This document shows positions 22,483-34,702 of a DNA stretch of 64,000 nucleotides, one piece after another. Both the position numbers and the translations under genes were made by a program. The first letter of the stretch is position 1. Each line of letters starts with the position of its first letter. Under the pieces are notes generated by a model. That model was not told the origin of the DNA and made no database searches. It saw only the letters and a program-made list of their open reading frames with translations. Origin of the DNA: Gekko japonicus (lineage: Eukaryota); assembly GCF_001447785.1 (NCBI RefSeq), contig NW_015173136.1, positions 101,954-165,953 on the forward strand, in the 5' to 3' direction.

Positions 22483-22918
22483 CATTCTGAAACATGGTCA
22501 GGGTACAAAGGGGAACAAAAGGCTGTCTAGTCCCATCCCATGTCACCCAGCCAGACCACTGGTCTGATCGATCCACACATCCAGCCCCATGATCAGGAGA
22601 TCACAGGGATCCACACAAGTACATTATTCCATGAGTTTCCATTTTCCTCATAGATTCGTTTAGTTCATTTTGATTTATCAAATGAAGATGCCTATAAGAT
22701 TAATTTATTTGTATTGGGTCAGTGCATGTCTCGAGTTTATGGAAGTTACACTTTTTTATCCCCAAAATGAGAGCTGCAGACAATATTTTAGTCAAAATGC
22801 TGGCGTTTCTGTAGAGAAGAAAGAGAGATGATCTCACATGGAAAAATATTAAATGGACTCTTTGATTTCAGTTGAGCTTATTTCCATTAGATCCAGGGTG
22901 TTGAAGCTCATGGCCTTG

Positions 22919-23165
22919 GAGCTTATTTATACTTTATGGCAGCAGATGTGTTCCCTGACAGAAACACTTAAAGTGTGAAGTGGAGTCTCTAAGCACTGGA
23001 GACATGTGGTAGGCACATGCTGGGGAGCCATGATTGGCCCCATCTCTCTGCTACGTGTTTGCTGCTTATTTGGATACACGTGGCTCTGCCCTGGCTTGTC
23101 TTTCCTTCACACCTTGCATGTCTTCATGGGAAGCGTACCTATCACCATAAACTGTGAACGAGCCC
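22919..23165. mobile_element. Old fold-back MITE
   Basis: GAGCTTATTTATACTTTATGGCAGCAGATGTGTTCCC is imperfectly inverted by GGGAAGCGTACCTATCACCATAAACTGTGAACGAGCCC. Inner pair GTGTGAAG / CTTCACAC. Confidence 0.5.
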
Positions 23166-24581
23166 TTAGTTTATCTCAGTAGTGCAAGCTGAAAGCTGTT
23201 CACTTCCTCATCCATTTATTTGTTTTATAAGACGCTCTAAAACAAGTCCTTTAAAAGCTGTGCAGTCGTTTTTTTGTGATGTTCTTTCATTTAGAACTCA
23301 CAAGATTCATTTGAATATGAGGACTTGTATAGAGTGACTTCTTGTGGAGCCCCCAGTTCCAGAATGACAGTTAATACCAAGTCACTTCTGCCATGAATTG
23401 CTTTCGAAGTTATGCCCCTTGCCCTTGTGTGCTTCCTAACTGAGAGGGAAAAAATTAAGACAACACTGTAGTAATAGGAGAATGGTGGTTTTTGCTTTCA
23501 TTTTTTATGTTGTCGTTTCAGCAGAGAGGGCTTGTCAACGTAATGTATGTGAGCACGTCTTGGGTCCCAGTACTAATAATCTTCTTATTGTTAAAAAACA
23601 TCAACCTAAATGTGCTGTGTCTTAGATGAAGGCTGCAGATAGACATCTATTCAGGCTGGGGTCTGTGAAGACAAATTTTCTGTCAGGTTGGATGCTGCTC
23701 AGATAATATTCTTGCACTTGTGAGAACATCTTCATTAGGTTTTAAAAAATTGCGAATTCTGGACTGAGGCATACTTAACTGATTGCAGAAAGCAAGCTGG
23801 TGTTATTAACAAATGTCCTTCAAGGAACTTCATCAACACTAGTGTAGATGAGGAACGACGTCTATAAATCCTAAACATGTTGGACCAGCACACAGTTCAA
23901 CAGACTATGACTGCTGGATTGCAGCTATTTCAAAGAAACAAGTTTTGTTGATTTTGATAACATTCTTCTATATAATATATGAAAGGCCAGTGAAAACAAT
24001 AGTATAGACTGCTGGAATAGTATTAATTTGCAGTAGACATTGCAGACAAACATTATTCTGAGTGTTGATCGTTTTCTGATATTCTTGGAAACAAGGGGGA
24101 GAGGGACAACGCAAGTCTCAGCCTTGCAAATAAATCAAGAAGTTACTAGCCCATAAAAACATTACTAGCTTGCCTTGCCACACTTACCTGTATTAGTCAT
24201 TTGTGGTATAAAATGAAGGGAAGAAAGGTCAAACTTTTATAAAGTTCCTTGGCTGGTGGTCTGGAGGTAATTCTTACTTGTCACAGATGACTTGACAAAT
24301 GGCTACTTACTTTTTTAACTATGATGTTATTCAGTTTTTCTTCCCTTATCTAGTGACTTACTCCAGCTTTTAGTTTCTGAACTGATTGCTACTAGGGCTC
24401 CAACCAGTATAGAAGTCATGCCTCCTGACCTTTTCTTTAATTCCAGATAGTGAGAGCTGGTTGTGATTGCTAATGGTGAGAAGAAAGCTCTCTGCACATG
24501 CCTATAGGACCTTTTTATTTATTCACATGTTAACATCACATATTGCAGAATTTTGGCCTAGTGACTGTCTGTTCATGAGTA

Positions 24582-25128
24582 GCAGCCTTTCCCCATATGT
24601 TTCCCCAAGGGCACTACGGTTGGGGAGTCAACATCTCCTGGAAATTCCAGGCCCCAAGGATATTAAATTTGCTGTTACTAGAGCCAGGGCATTTTCGGTG
24701 GTGGCTCCTACCTGGTGGAAGGAGCTCCTGGAGGAGATCCAGGCCCTGCGGGACCTCTCTCAGTTCCGCAGGGCCTGTAAGATGGAGCTCTTTCACCAGG
24801 CTTTCGAGTAGGAGCCGCCGCCACTATAATTCCACCACCGCTATGTATGCAGCATCGCACCACTACCACCAATATGTGGTTCCATCTGGGTGCGAGGTGA
24901 CCCTGGAAGGAGGGGGGATGACAGGTTGCAGGAACGATGTTATTGGACTAAGATCTACCCCCATCTTGCGATAAATGGAGCACTGACACTTTGTTGTTGT
25001 ATTATATTGTTTTATTGTTTTAGGCTGTTTTTATCTGTTTTTACTCTGGCACTTGTGCCTCGTTGTTAGCCGCCCTGAGCCTTCGGGGAGGGCGGGATAT
25101 AAATCCAAAAATAAATAAATAAAATAAA
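24582..25128 (+). mobile_element. L2 LINE 3' end
   Basis: LSPYVSPRALR...TRARAFSVVAPTWWKELLEEIQALRDLSQFRRACKMELFHQAF* (L2 ORF2 C-terminus), followed by GTTAGCCGCCCTGAGCCTTCGGGGAGGGCGGGATATAAAT and (AAAT)n. Confidence 0.9.
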
Positions 25129-27864
25129 TGAAGTCTGGTTGTAAGGAGTCATTTTTCTAGACTTTTGGGCTTCAGCAAGATACAGCCTTCCAAATATATT
25201 TCTTTGCTGCTTTAATTACATCTTTTAGAATCTCCCCTGAATTTTGGTATAACATAACTATTGTTTAGAAAATAAACTTTGGGTACTTAAAATAGGAAAA
25301 ACCCCATACAGAAATCATTAGTATATATTAACATTTTAACTCGTCTTTTAAACTGTTGCCAAAATCTTGATTTTTAACAGTCCTGATCACTGGGTGTTAA
25401 CTGTTTATTAGTAGTGTAATGGGTTTATCAACAAAGATTTATGCGCAGAAATAATAAGAATCTAATAGATTATTTATGGATCACATCCTGATGTCATGAT
25501 GATCATGTGCATGCCTCTGCAAGGATCTTTATAAAAGTGGTCCCGTGAGGGAACAAGCTTTGTTAGACCTGGCCTTAAAGCTATTGAACAGTTCTTCTGT
25601 CTGATCTGATGTAAATTTTAAAAAAACCCCACAAAGACACAAGTACAGATGCTTCAAAAAATAAAAAGTGCTACCTCTCATTTTTCTTTTTACAGCATGT
25701 GATTGATTAACTTCTGGTGGAGCTTTTTTTTGGAAATGCAGAAACACTTCAGTTGTTCTAATAAATGTTAGACACATATTATGCTGTTGAACAGTCAATT
25801 CCTATTTACTTGCAGCAGTGTACACCAATTATTATTTAAGTAGATTCCTGTAGCATTGTGTGGTGAGGGAATATGTGGAATATACACATTTTTGAAGAGT
25901 CACGATCCAAACAAGATTAGTAGTAACATATTCACTGTGACTAAATTGATTCCAGTATTAAAATGAAGTTGTCATGTCTATATCTAATTCTGAACACAAC
26001 TCTAGATGTGGATCCTTAAATCCACAAATTAGGACCATGGACAGAGAAGGGAGATCCTTCTACAAATTGGGGGGGGATGTCCAGGTTTGCATAAAAATCC
26101 CAAACCCTTAACATAAAATGGGGAAGTTTACAAAGAACGCCAAAATGGAGATGAATCGTCTGTGCAACCACAGCCAACACAATCCTGTTCCACAGACTTA
26201 CCAGTGTGGGGCTGGCTGCCAATGAGCCTGTCACCCCTGCATTGGGCAGCCCTGGGACATCCTTGAACTGAGGACATAGGCCTCCATAATGGGTGGGGCC
26301 TGATACCACTCCATCCACCTTCCTTGTGGCAGAGACAGCTGATGGGCAGGATGTGTGGCAGATGGCAGAAGAGTGGGAAGTCGCTCTCCACTGTTGCATC
26401 AACTGGGCAAATGGGAGGGGGTGGTGCAGCGGTGTGTGTATGTAACAGGAGCCACTGTCCCTTGCTGCCATGTAAGCCAGGCAGGCTGAGTGAGCACTGT
26501 GGGTGGGGGAAGGTGGATCAGGACCCCCCCCCCACTGCTACTCTGAGAGCCAGGCATGCAGAGACAGCAATGCTGTAGGTAGGCTGGGAACTGGGAGGCA
26601 ATGGTGTCGCACTAGGGCAGCTTTGCTGGCCAGCAAGTAGGCAGCCTTGGGAAGTGGGTGGAAAAAAATGGGATCCTTCCCCCATTCATCTTATGGGGTA
26701 CATACTTATACTTTCAGATCTTGTTCATCTGAGCTTATCGTCTGAACATCTCTTGAGGAGCAAAAAGTTGTTTAATCTCATCTGTTACATGTGCATTCTT
26801 TTCTCTGCCATCTTGCTTAGTAACTCTTGTGGCCATTTGTCCCGCACAGGCAGTCCTTTGTGAATTATCTGGCCCCATTTTCTGTTTTTCAGATTGCTCC
26901 CCCATGTTTGCTCTATCCAGCCCATCTCCAAGTCATATCAACTGTACTGCTGTGTGAAAATGTGGCCCTTTCTCTTTGCTTGGTGTAAACTCTGCTCATC
27001 TTGACTGTGGTAACCTTTTCCTTTCTGGCCCACCTCTAGCCCACCCTGTGACACCTAAATCACTCATGTATTTCTCTGTTCTAATTGTATGGTACTTCTA
27101 ATTAAAACCCTTTTCTGGCTTCTTGTCCATTCCCAGATTTAGCACAGACTTTTTGTCCTTGGTTTCAGAACCCTCCATGGCCTTGGTCTTCTCATCTGTC
27201 AGCCTTATATGACAATATATTCCTCTCTGTGACTTTTGTTTTTCTACCGTCATCTGTCCAGAGAGCTACTCCCTTAAACAATCCTGCCCTTTCCCCCTAG
27301 CTGTCCATTATTCCTTTGAGGACACCAGCGTAATAACCATCTCTCTGTTTCTTCAGATTTCCCTTCAAAACCATCTATTTCCATGAAGCCTAGGCCAGAA
27401 TTCCTTGTTTATAGTACCTTATACTGAAACAAAGCTTACGTATGTGTAACTGAACCTAAAGCATATTCTTTCCATTGACCCTTACTTCTCCCTTTCCCAA
27501 AATCCCTACTTTTATTGCCTCATAATGTTCAGTTCTAAATGTAATGTGAGTAGCAGGTATGTATGGCCTTATTCATCTTTAAAAGTGTGGGGGGGCAGTC
27601 TGGTTTTAAGGAAAAGGCAGCTGCTCAGGCAATTAAATTGTGCCACTGCCCTGCTGTACCCTGTTGCTGTCAGCACTTTTCTTCTGACCCAGCTCAGTTG
27701 CTGTATTGGAGCTGGGTCTAAAAGAAAAAGTGCTGAAAGCAACAGGGCATGGAGAGAGAAGGCACAGAGGGGAGGAAAGGTTTAGCTTCCCTCACTCATG
27801 ATTTTCGCTTTTCAACAAAGACCCTCTGCCTCCTTGCTTTAGAGAAAACATATTCAGTCATGTT

Positions 27865-28067
27865 CAGTTTTGTCTGTGTATCACAATACTTGTCTGAGTA
27901 GGCAGAACTGCGTGTTACCTTGACACTTGTGTTTACAGAAGTAATGTGAATGTGGGATGGAAGGGCCAGTTTTGACCGTGTATCACAACACTTGTCTGAG
28001 TAGGCAGAAGTGTGTGTTACCTTGACACTTGTGTTTGCAGAAGTAATGTGAATGTGGGATGGAAGGG
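27865..28067. repeat. Two-copy tandem duplication, period 102 bp
   Basis: CAGTTTTG...GTGGGATGGAAGGG starting at 27865 and 27967, with a few substitutions. Confidence 0.95.
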
Positions 28068-28976
28068 ACGTTTGTAGGGCTGGATGGGGGGGGCGGGGGG
28101 GCGAGGGGAGTTTAAAACCTCTTGTGCTACCTCTTGTGTTTGCACATTTCCCCCTCTACCAGGATCCTTTTCAGGTTTGAAGCCCAGATGAAGATCTAAC
28201 AAAAATGGCTGTGGATGTAAGACTGAGAGTAGCGTTGCCAGGTTGCCCCCCCCCCCCCGCCACAAGTGTGGGAACAAGGGTGTAGGATTGCCAGCTACAG
28301 GTTGGGAAATTCCTGGGGATTTGGGGGTGGCAGCTGGGGGAGGGCAAGAAGCTCAGTGGGGTACAATGCCATAGGGTCCACCCTCCAGAGAAGCTATTTC
28401 CTCCAGGGGAACTGATCTCTGTAGTCTGGAGATGAGCAGTAATGCTGGGAGATTTCCAGGCCTCACCTGGAGGCTGGTATCCCTAAAAAGTGAGTGCATG
28501 TTAAATGAAAAGTAGCCTTTTCTGAGCTTTCTTTTTAGTGGTTTGAGACACAATCCACAGAGCTTTTGAAATACATGATAGCAGTCAAGCATTTGTAGCG
28601 GGCCTTCCTCCCCCCCCCCCCAAATTCCCCCCAACAGCTTAAAGCTGTACGTGAAAAAAATGCATTGTGTTCTGAGTTAAACATGCTGATCTGTGAAATG
28701 TGTGTTTATGGGTGGGAATCTTTTTATAGGAAAGGTGTAATACAAGTCCGTTATCTTAACTTGGGATTGATTTGACTTGGATAACTAAAGAATCCTTAGT
28801 AAAAATATTGTCTTAGATGTTTTTGCTTTTATTCGGTACAGTTTGCCAGTACTTGCCTCCACCCAAGAATTTGTCCTGGGTACCAAGGAGAATGTAGCTT
28901 ATGGTGGTAAGGCACTGAAATACTTCCGTGTCCCTGCCCCACCTCTTTTCAAATATGAGGCTGTTTGATAAACTGT

Positions 28977-29023
28977 AAGGTCGCGAAGAGTCGGACTCGC
29001 TGCGCGACTGAACAACAACAACA
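28977..29023 (+). mobile_element. Extremely 5'-truncated Bov-B/Sauria-type 3' tail
   Basis: GGTCGCGAAGAGTCGGACTCGCTGCGCGACTGAACAACAACAAC with AAGGT on both sides. Matches the reverse of 55830-55875. Confidence 0.85.
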
Positions 29024-29937
29024 AGGTGTTTATAGATCCAAAGCATCCATAGCTATACTTCATTTCTAAAACCAGTTTATGTTTGTAAAGTCTGAATGGG
29101 GAAAAATAGGGTATAAGTAAACCACTGAAGTAACCTGCAAGAGCACCATATGCTAACTTGCCTTCATTTCTGTTTGCTCATTGTTTGATCCCTTTATAGC
29201 AGTGAGGGCAGTCCGTTGTCTAAAGAATCAACATCTACTACATTCCACTGTGGACACACACTGGTAAAGAAAATAGCAGAGATCATGCTCTGTATTTTGG
29301 ACAGCACGCCAGTCAAGTATAAACTGTCAAAGCAAAGCCTGCTTGTTTGAAGTTATTTGTAAAGGTGATAGAAAAAGAGTGGAACAAATGATAGGAAATC
29401 TGTATGTTCTTGGACGGCAGTTGTGTGAATAAATTCCTTGCTGTGTAATTTAAACTTTAAAATAAGCACTGCTTTGTATTGTTATCCAGTTTGGAAAGTT
29501 ACCAAGAGTAATCATATGAAAACACTACAAATGATTGGAAATAAAAGTTTAAAATTGAAGTCACTTAACTGTAATAGAATGGTATACTATCACAACAGAA
29601 TCCTAACCCATTTTCCTCACAAGTCACTGTGCGTGTGCTTGTGCGCACGCACAAACACACACAGAGCTCTAGTGGAATGAGGTATTTTTTTAAAAAAAAT
29701 GGTTTGTAATATGTGAAATGTATGCAAAATCCTGCAATTGCATCAATTTAGAATATTGTTCTGAAAAATCAGGCAGCCTCGTTGAAATCAATAAATCTTT
29801 TATTTCCTGCACATTGCTCCATGAAGTTTTCATAGTTTTAGCATTAATTTTCTTTAATATAAACTTGCCTAATGCCATAAAGTAATGAAGATCTGCACTG
29901 GAGGCTGTGCTGCCCTCCGAGGTAAAGTGGGTAATCC

Positions 29938-30474
29938 CAGGGCTGGCCTGTCTACTAGGTATATCTATGTCCGTGGTGCCACAGGTGGAAGGGTGGCAAC
30001 CAGCCCCTGTTGCACCTGCTCACCCAAGGCTTTTTTTGGGGGGGTGGGGGTCTGTCATGGTAGGCTGCAGCCCTGGGAGGCACCTGGTGTCAGTGGGCTG
30101 CAGGCTGGGAGCCTTTTCCTTCCTTCATTTCCTGGGGTAGGGCAGAGGCAAGCCTGGCCCCTTTCCTTCTTCCCTCTCCCCATCACCTTACCTTGCTGGG
30201 TGGGGATGGAGGTGGAGAGACAAGAAGGTGGGTGGTAGATTCCTGGTGCCTCCTCCGTGCCTTGCTACTGCATGGGGAGGGAAGGAGTGTAGGTGCCTTT
30301 GCACTGCATTGCTGTGCTGGGGGCATGGAGAGCAGATGTTGCCTCACTGTCTCAAGGGGAGTGGGGGTGGAGGTGTTTTAGTGCTTAGGGCAGCTGTTGT
30401 CTTCCTTCTTCACGGTGGAGGTGGTGGCTTGGGCATCGTAGCCTAGGGCACCCAAAAGCCTTGTGCTGGCCTTG
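29938..30474. mobile_element. Old hAT MITE inserted in a degraded L2 3' fragment (about 29890-30850)
   Basis: Ends CAGGGCTGGC and CCTAGGGCACCCAAAAGCCTTGTGCTGGCCTTG resemble the ends of the 6403-9715 element. Decayed TSD GGTAATCC/GATGACCC. Confidence 0.6.
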
Positions 30475-32551
30475 GATGACCCTGAAGGACAGCACCTTTT
30501 TTGTTGTTGTGCTTACTCTCCTATGGAATGTCCTTCCTCGTAGCTCTTCACCTGATAACAAACTTGGTGACTTTTCAGTACTGAACTAAAACATTGCATT
30601 TTTAATTGAGTTTTTGCTGATTATTGAATTTTCTTGATTGGCACTCGGTCTTGTACTTCTCTTATTACCTCCCCCGCTGCCGCATTTATTCTTCTATATG
30701 TATTGCTGCTGCTATTTCATTTATCATTATACTCCTGTTTTATTGCATTGAACTGGTTTGATCATATTTTACCAGCTATCATTGTGTTAAACTGTATACT
30801 GCCTCAAACTCTACTGAGAGTGCAATAGAAAGGTAGATTAAATAAATACATCCCAATTAGGTATTCTCTTGTTTCTAATTGAATGTGAACTTTCTTAGAA
30901 GAAACATGTTGAAAGATTCTCAGGGCAATCCTAAGTTAAGTTATATCTTTCTAAGCCTATTGACTTCATTGAACTTAAAAGGTAAAAACTCTGTTTCATC
31001 AGTAAATACAACCATATCTGTACACCTATTGTGGTACAGATTTCTTTTTGAAGATAAATGCAACAAGTAAACAGGATGCATGAACCATGATATTCCCATA
31101 AGCAGTATTGTAACTTGTATGCAATGTAATTATATTTTGTATACTTGCAATTAAGCAGTTATGCTTCAGACAGGGAAAAATTACCTCTTCAGGATTGAAG
31201 AGGAACGTTGCAGAGCACTAAATCAAGTAAACTATACATGTGCCATAACGTTTTGTGAGTATAGCTAAAATTTTAAAATTAGCTCTGCACTGAGGTATGC
31301 TTGGCAATATTCCTATTGAGGAATAGGAATCTTTGGGCCTTTCAGAAGAAAGGCTGGCAGTATAATTGATCTTTGCTTTTAAATAAAATTAATCCTTGGA
31401 ATTTCTTCAGTGTAATGGAGGAGGAGGGATTTGCATAGCCATTCCATTTCCACCTCTTAAGATATCTCTTGGATGTGCTGTCTAAGAGTCCTGAATTATA
31501 GGGATGCCTAGCCAAACTAGTAGTGTTAGGAAATAATTGTGATCAATCTTCTGTGCTAAAATTTAGTCTCTGTTTTGGTTAATTTTTAAGACAGACTACA
31601 TATGACCCAACAGTTTTTTTCCACGGGGGTGTTTTTGAATGTCGTAGTGGTGATGGGTGGGGTTATAGTTGTGTTTTGCTGCAGTATTGTTTTGAACACA
31701 AAATGCAATTTAAATTTTTGGGATTTTGCTACGGTCAGGCCCGCAGCCTTCAGCTTGTCTAAAAGCAGGTTTCCAGCTTTAATCAGTGTAATCAAACAGC
31801 TAATTTTTGAAATGGAAGACTAATTTTTTTGTTTTTGACTGGTCAGTGGAGAACCATGGGACATGTTCTAGCACTGGGTCAACCTTCCTTATCCTAATAA
31901 ATTTGAAAACAGTTAACTGTTTCCAAAGAGTAAAACCAATAATTGGCTTTATTGCACTTCTGAGCAACTTATCTCTTCCCCAAGAAGCCTCAGTCAACAG
32001 TGTTCCTTCACTGAGATTTTTGGAATGTATTAACTGAATTTAAAGAAATGTACATGACTGCCAGATAGGTGATTGGCTAAATGAAGATCTTCCATCTTGT
32101 AGCCTCACTGTCAAGAGTAGGAGCTGCAACAAACCGATCCCATCCATTGCTTCTCTTCTGTAAATCCCCTCATTGGTTGGTGGACACAAAAAGGATGGCA
32201 TTTGCTTTTCTCTGTGGATAAAAAGATGAGAAAGCTGAACCTTGATGGTTGGTAGATAGAATAATTAGGTTATCAAGCCTGGATAAAATTTGTAGATTTC
32301 TCTCATAATAGAACCAGCTTCCACGGTTCTCTCTACTGAACTGGAATACTGTTGCTTTTTCTAAGACGGCAACCCAAAAACAGCTTTGTCTCAAGTTAAT
32401 TAATGTGTAGGAATTCTTGTTCCAGTTATTTGTGCTGTTGTGTGGTTACTAAAATTGCCATTCACTGCAAAAATAAAATAAAATTCTAGTTTTCATTGTA
32501 CATGCTGTAAATAAAGATGGTTTTGTAATCTATTCCAGTGTTAATCCCTTA

Positions 32552-32722
32552 TAGTGTAATCCCAGAAAGAGTTCTACAGCTTTCTAAACCTGTTGACTTC
32601 AATGGATTTAGAAGGGTATATCATAAGAACATAAGAGAAACCAATGTTGGATCAGGCCTATAGCACACCCAGTCCAACACTCTGCCAGAAATACCAGGTA
32701 TCTCTGCATAGGATTGGACTGA
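32552..32722. mobile_element. Palindromic MITE interrupted by a short CR1 3' tail (about 32623-32696, minus strand)
   Basis: Insert ATAAGAACATAAGAGAAACCAATGTTGGATCAGGCC matches the CR1 end near 53975. Flanks GGTATATC / GGTATCTC. Confidence 0.7.
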
Positions 32723-33575
32723 GAGTCTCTGTTCTGCCTTGTTCCTGTCTTTCTCAGCAAGTTGGTGACGTTGCATGCCAGCAGGAGGGAAGGTAGGGTT
32801 TCTTAGGAGGTTTTTCTTGGGTTTTAGGAGATTTGTCTTCCTCGTGATAGAGACTCTTTTGATGTGGGGGAGGCAGGCCAACACCGTATACATGGCTGGC
32901 CGAGGATTTGCTAACAAGTGTCTGTTCTTACCTAGGAGTGACCTCATAGCATTGGTAGCACAGCACTGGTGAATGGTTGAGAAGCACATGATAACGCAGT
33001 CTTGTTGGATCTAAGCAGGTCTGGGGCTGGTTAATGCTGGATGGGAAACCTCACCAAGTAGTCAAGGAAGCAGCAATGTTCTTTGTATTGCAGACACACC
33101 TGACAAGTATTGGGAATGCTGCTGCTATATCAGTAGTTCTGTTAAGTACTCTAGAGCTTGTACGTGCAAGTCTTATATGTTCCCCACAGAGTGCTCCATT
33201 TTAAATAAGACGTGATTCAAACTAATCCAGACCCACCCACCCCCTTGATGAATTTGTAGGCACTTTTGGAATTTTGAGGAAGTGTAGTAAGTGCTACCTA
33301 GGGTTGCCATCCTCCAGGTAGGATGTGGAGATCTCCCAGAATTACAGCTAAACTCTAGACAACATACATCAGCCTTCCTAGAGGAAATGATTGCTTCAGA
33401 GGGTAGACTCTATGGCAATATACACTGCTGAGGTCCCTTCCCAGACCCCACACTCCATCCACAAATTGTCAGGAATTTCTCAACGCAGAGTTGGCAGTCC
33501 TGGTGCCATATGCTGAGCTTGAGGTTAGCAATTGAATGAATATAAGCAACCATAATGATGATCAAACCTATAGGG

Positions 33576-33870
33576 GTTTGGTGTAGTGGTTAAGTGCGCG
33601 GACTCTAATCTGGGAGAACTGGGTTTGATTCCCCACTCCTCCACTTGCACCTGCTGATGTGACCTTGGGTCAGTCACAAGCTCTGGCACAGCTGTCCTTG
33701 AAAAAGAGCAGTTTCTGCCAGAGCTCTCTCAGCCCCACCCCACCCACCCCACCCACCTCACAGGGTGTCTGTTGTGGGGAGGGGAAGGAAGAGGAGTTTG
33801 TAAGCCGCTCTGAGACTCCAAGTGAAGGGCGGGGTATAAATTCAATCTCATCATCATCATCATCATCATA
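33576..33870 (+). mobile_element. tRNA-derived SINE (Squam3-type)
   Basis: GTTTGGTGTAGTGGTTAAGTGCGCGGACTCTAATCTGGGAGAACTGGGTTTGATTCCCC, (CAT)n tail, TSD ATAGGGG at 33570-33576 and 33868-33874. Confidence 0.92.
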
Positions 33871-33874
33871 GGGG

Positions 33875-34036
33875 AGGAATGTAGCAGGCCGACTGTTTTC
33901 CTTGGTCTTGGTACTCTTGTACTCTGGCTGTGTTACTGATGCAGATCACATAAGGTAACAGGAATGTAGCAGGCCTACTGTTTTCCTTGGTCTTGGTGCT
34001 CTGGCCGTGTTACTGATGCAGATCACATAAGGTAAC
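33875..34036. repeat. Two-copy tandem duplication (about 85 and 77 bp)
   Basis: AGGAATGTAGCAGGCC...GATCACATAAGGTAAC occurs twice. Confidence 0.93.
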
Positions 34037-34344
34037 TTCTGAAAGGGTAACTTCTGTAACAAGTGTAACTACCACATTGTCAAAACCCAGGGCATTTAGC
34101 GTGGTGTGGGAATGTGTCTGCTTGCATGTAAAATAGCTAAATAATTTAGAACAACTTTGGAGATCATACAGATAATAGTGATACACATCAAGTCCCTAGT
34201 CATGTTATTATGCTTGTTCCTACATAGTAAGAATAATGCACTGCACCTCATATACCTTGTCTAATTATTTGGCATGGGGAAAACATCACATGGTGGTCAT
34301 CTGTAGTGAGTGTCTGCTATAATGAGTTTTGTAAGTAAACGTAA

Positions 34345-34702
34345 TTTGAAATGTGGTGTTGGAGGAGAGTTTTATGGATACTGTGTACTGTCAAAAAGAC
34401 AAATGAGTGGGTCCTAGATCAAATCAAGCCTGAACTCTCCCTAGTAGCTGAAGTGACTAAACTATTGTTACATTATGAGAAAACAGGAGTCACTGGAAAA
34501 GACAATAATGCTAGGAAAGGTTGAAGGCAGCAGGCAAATAAGAACCAACGTGAGATGTATTGACTCAATCAAGGAAGCCACCGACCCTCAGTTTGCAAGA
34601 CTTGAGCAAGGCTCTTAACTATATAGGACGTTTTGGAGGTCTTTCATCCATAGGGTTACCTTAAGTCAATTGAGCTTACACACACACACACACACACACA
34701 CA
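34345..34702 (+). mobile_element. RTE-clade LINE 3' fragment with (CA)n tail
   Basis: Encodes FEMWCWRRVLWI...KKTNEWVLDQIKPELSL...SLEKTIMLGKVEGSR, typical of the RTE ORF C-terminus, with frameshifts. Confidence 0.88.

Noticed and set aside
33576-33650. tRNA gene
   Set aside because: The A and B boxes belong to a SINE head. No complete cloverleaf or acceptor stem.
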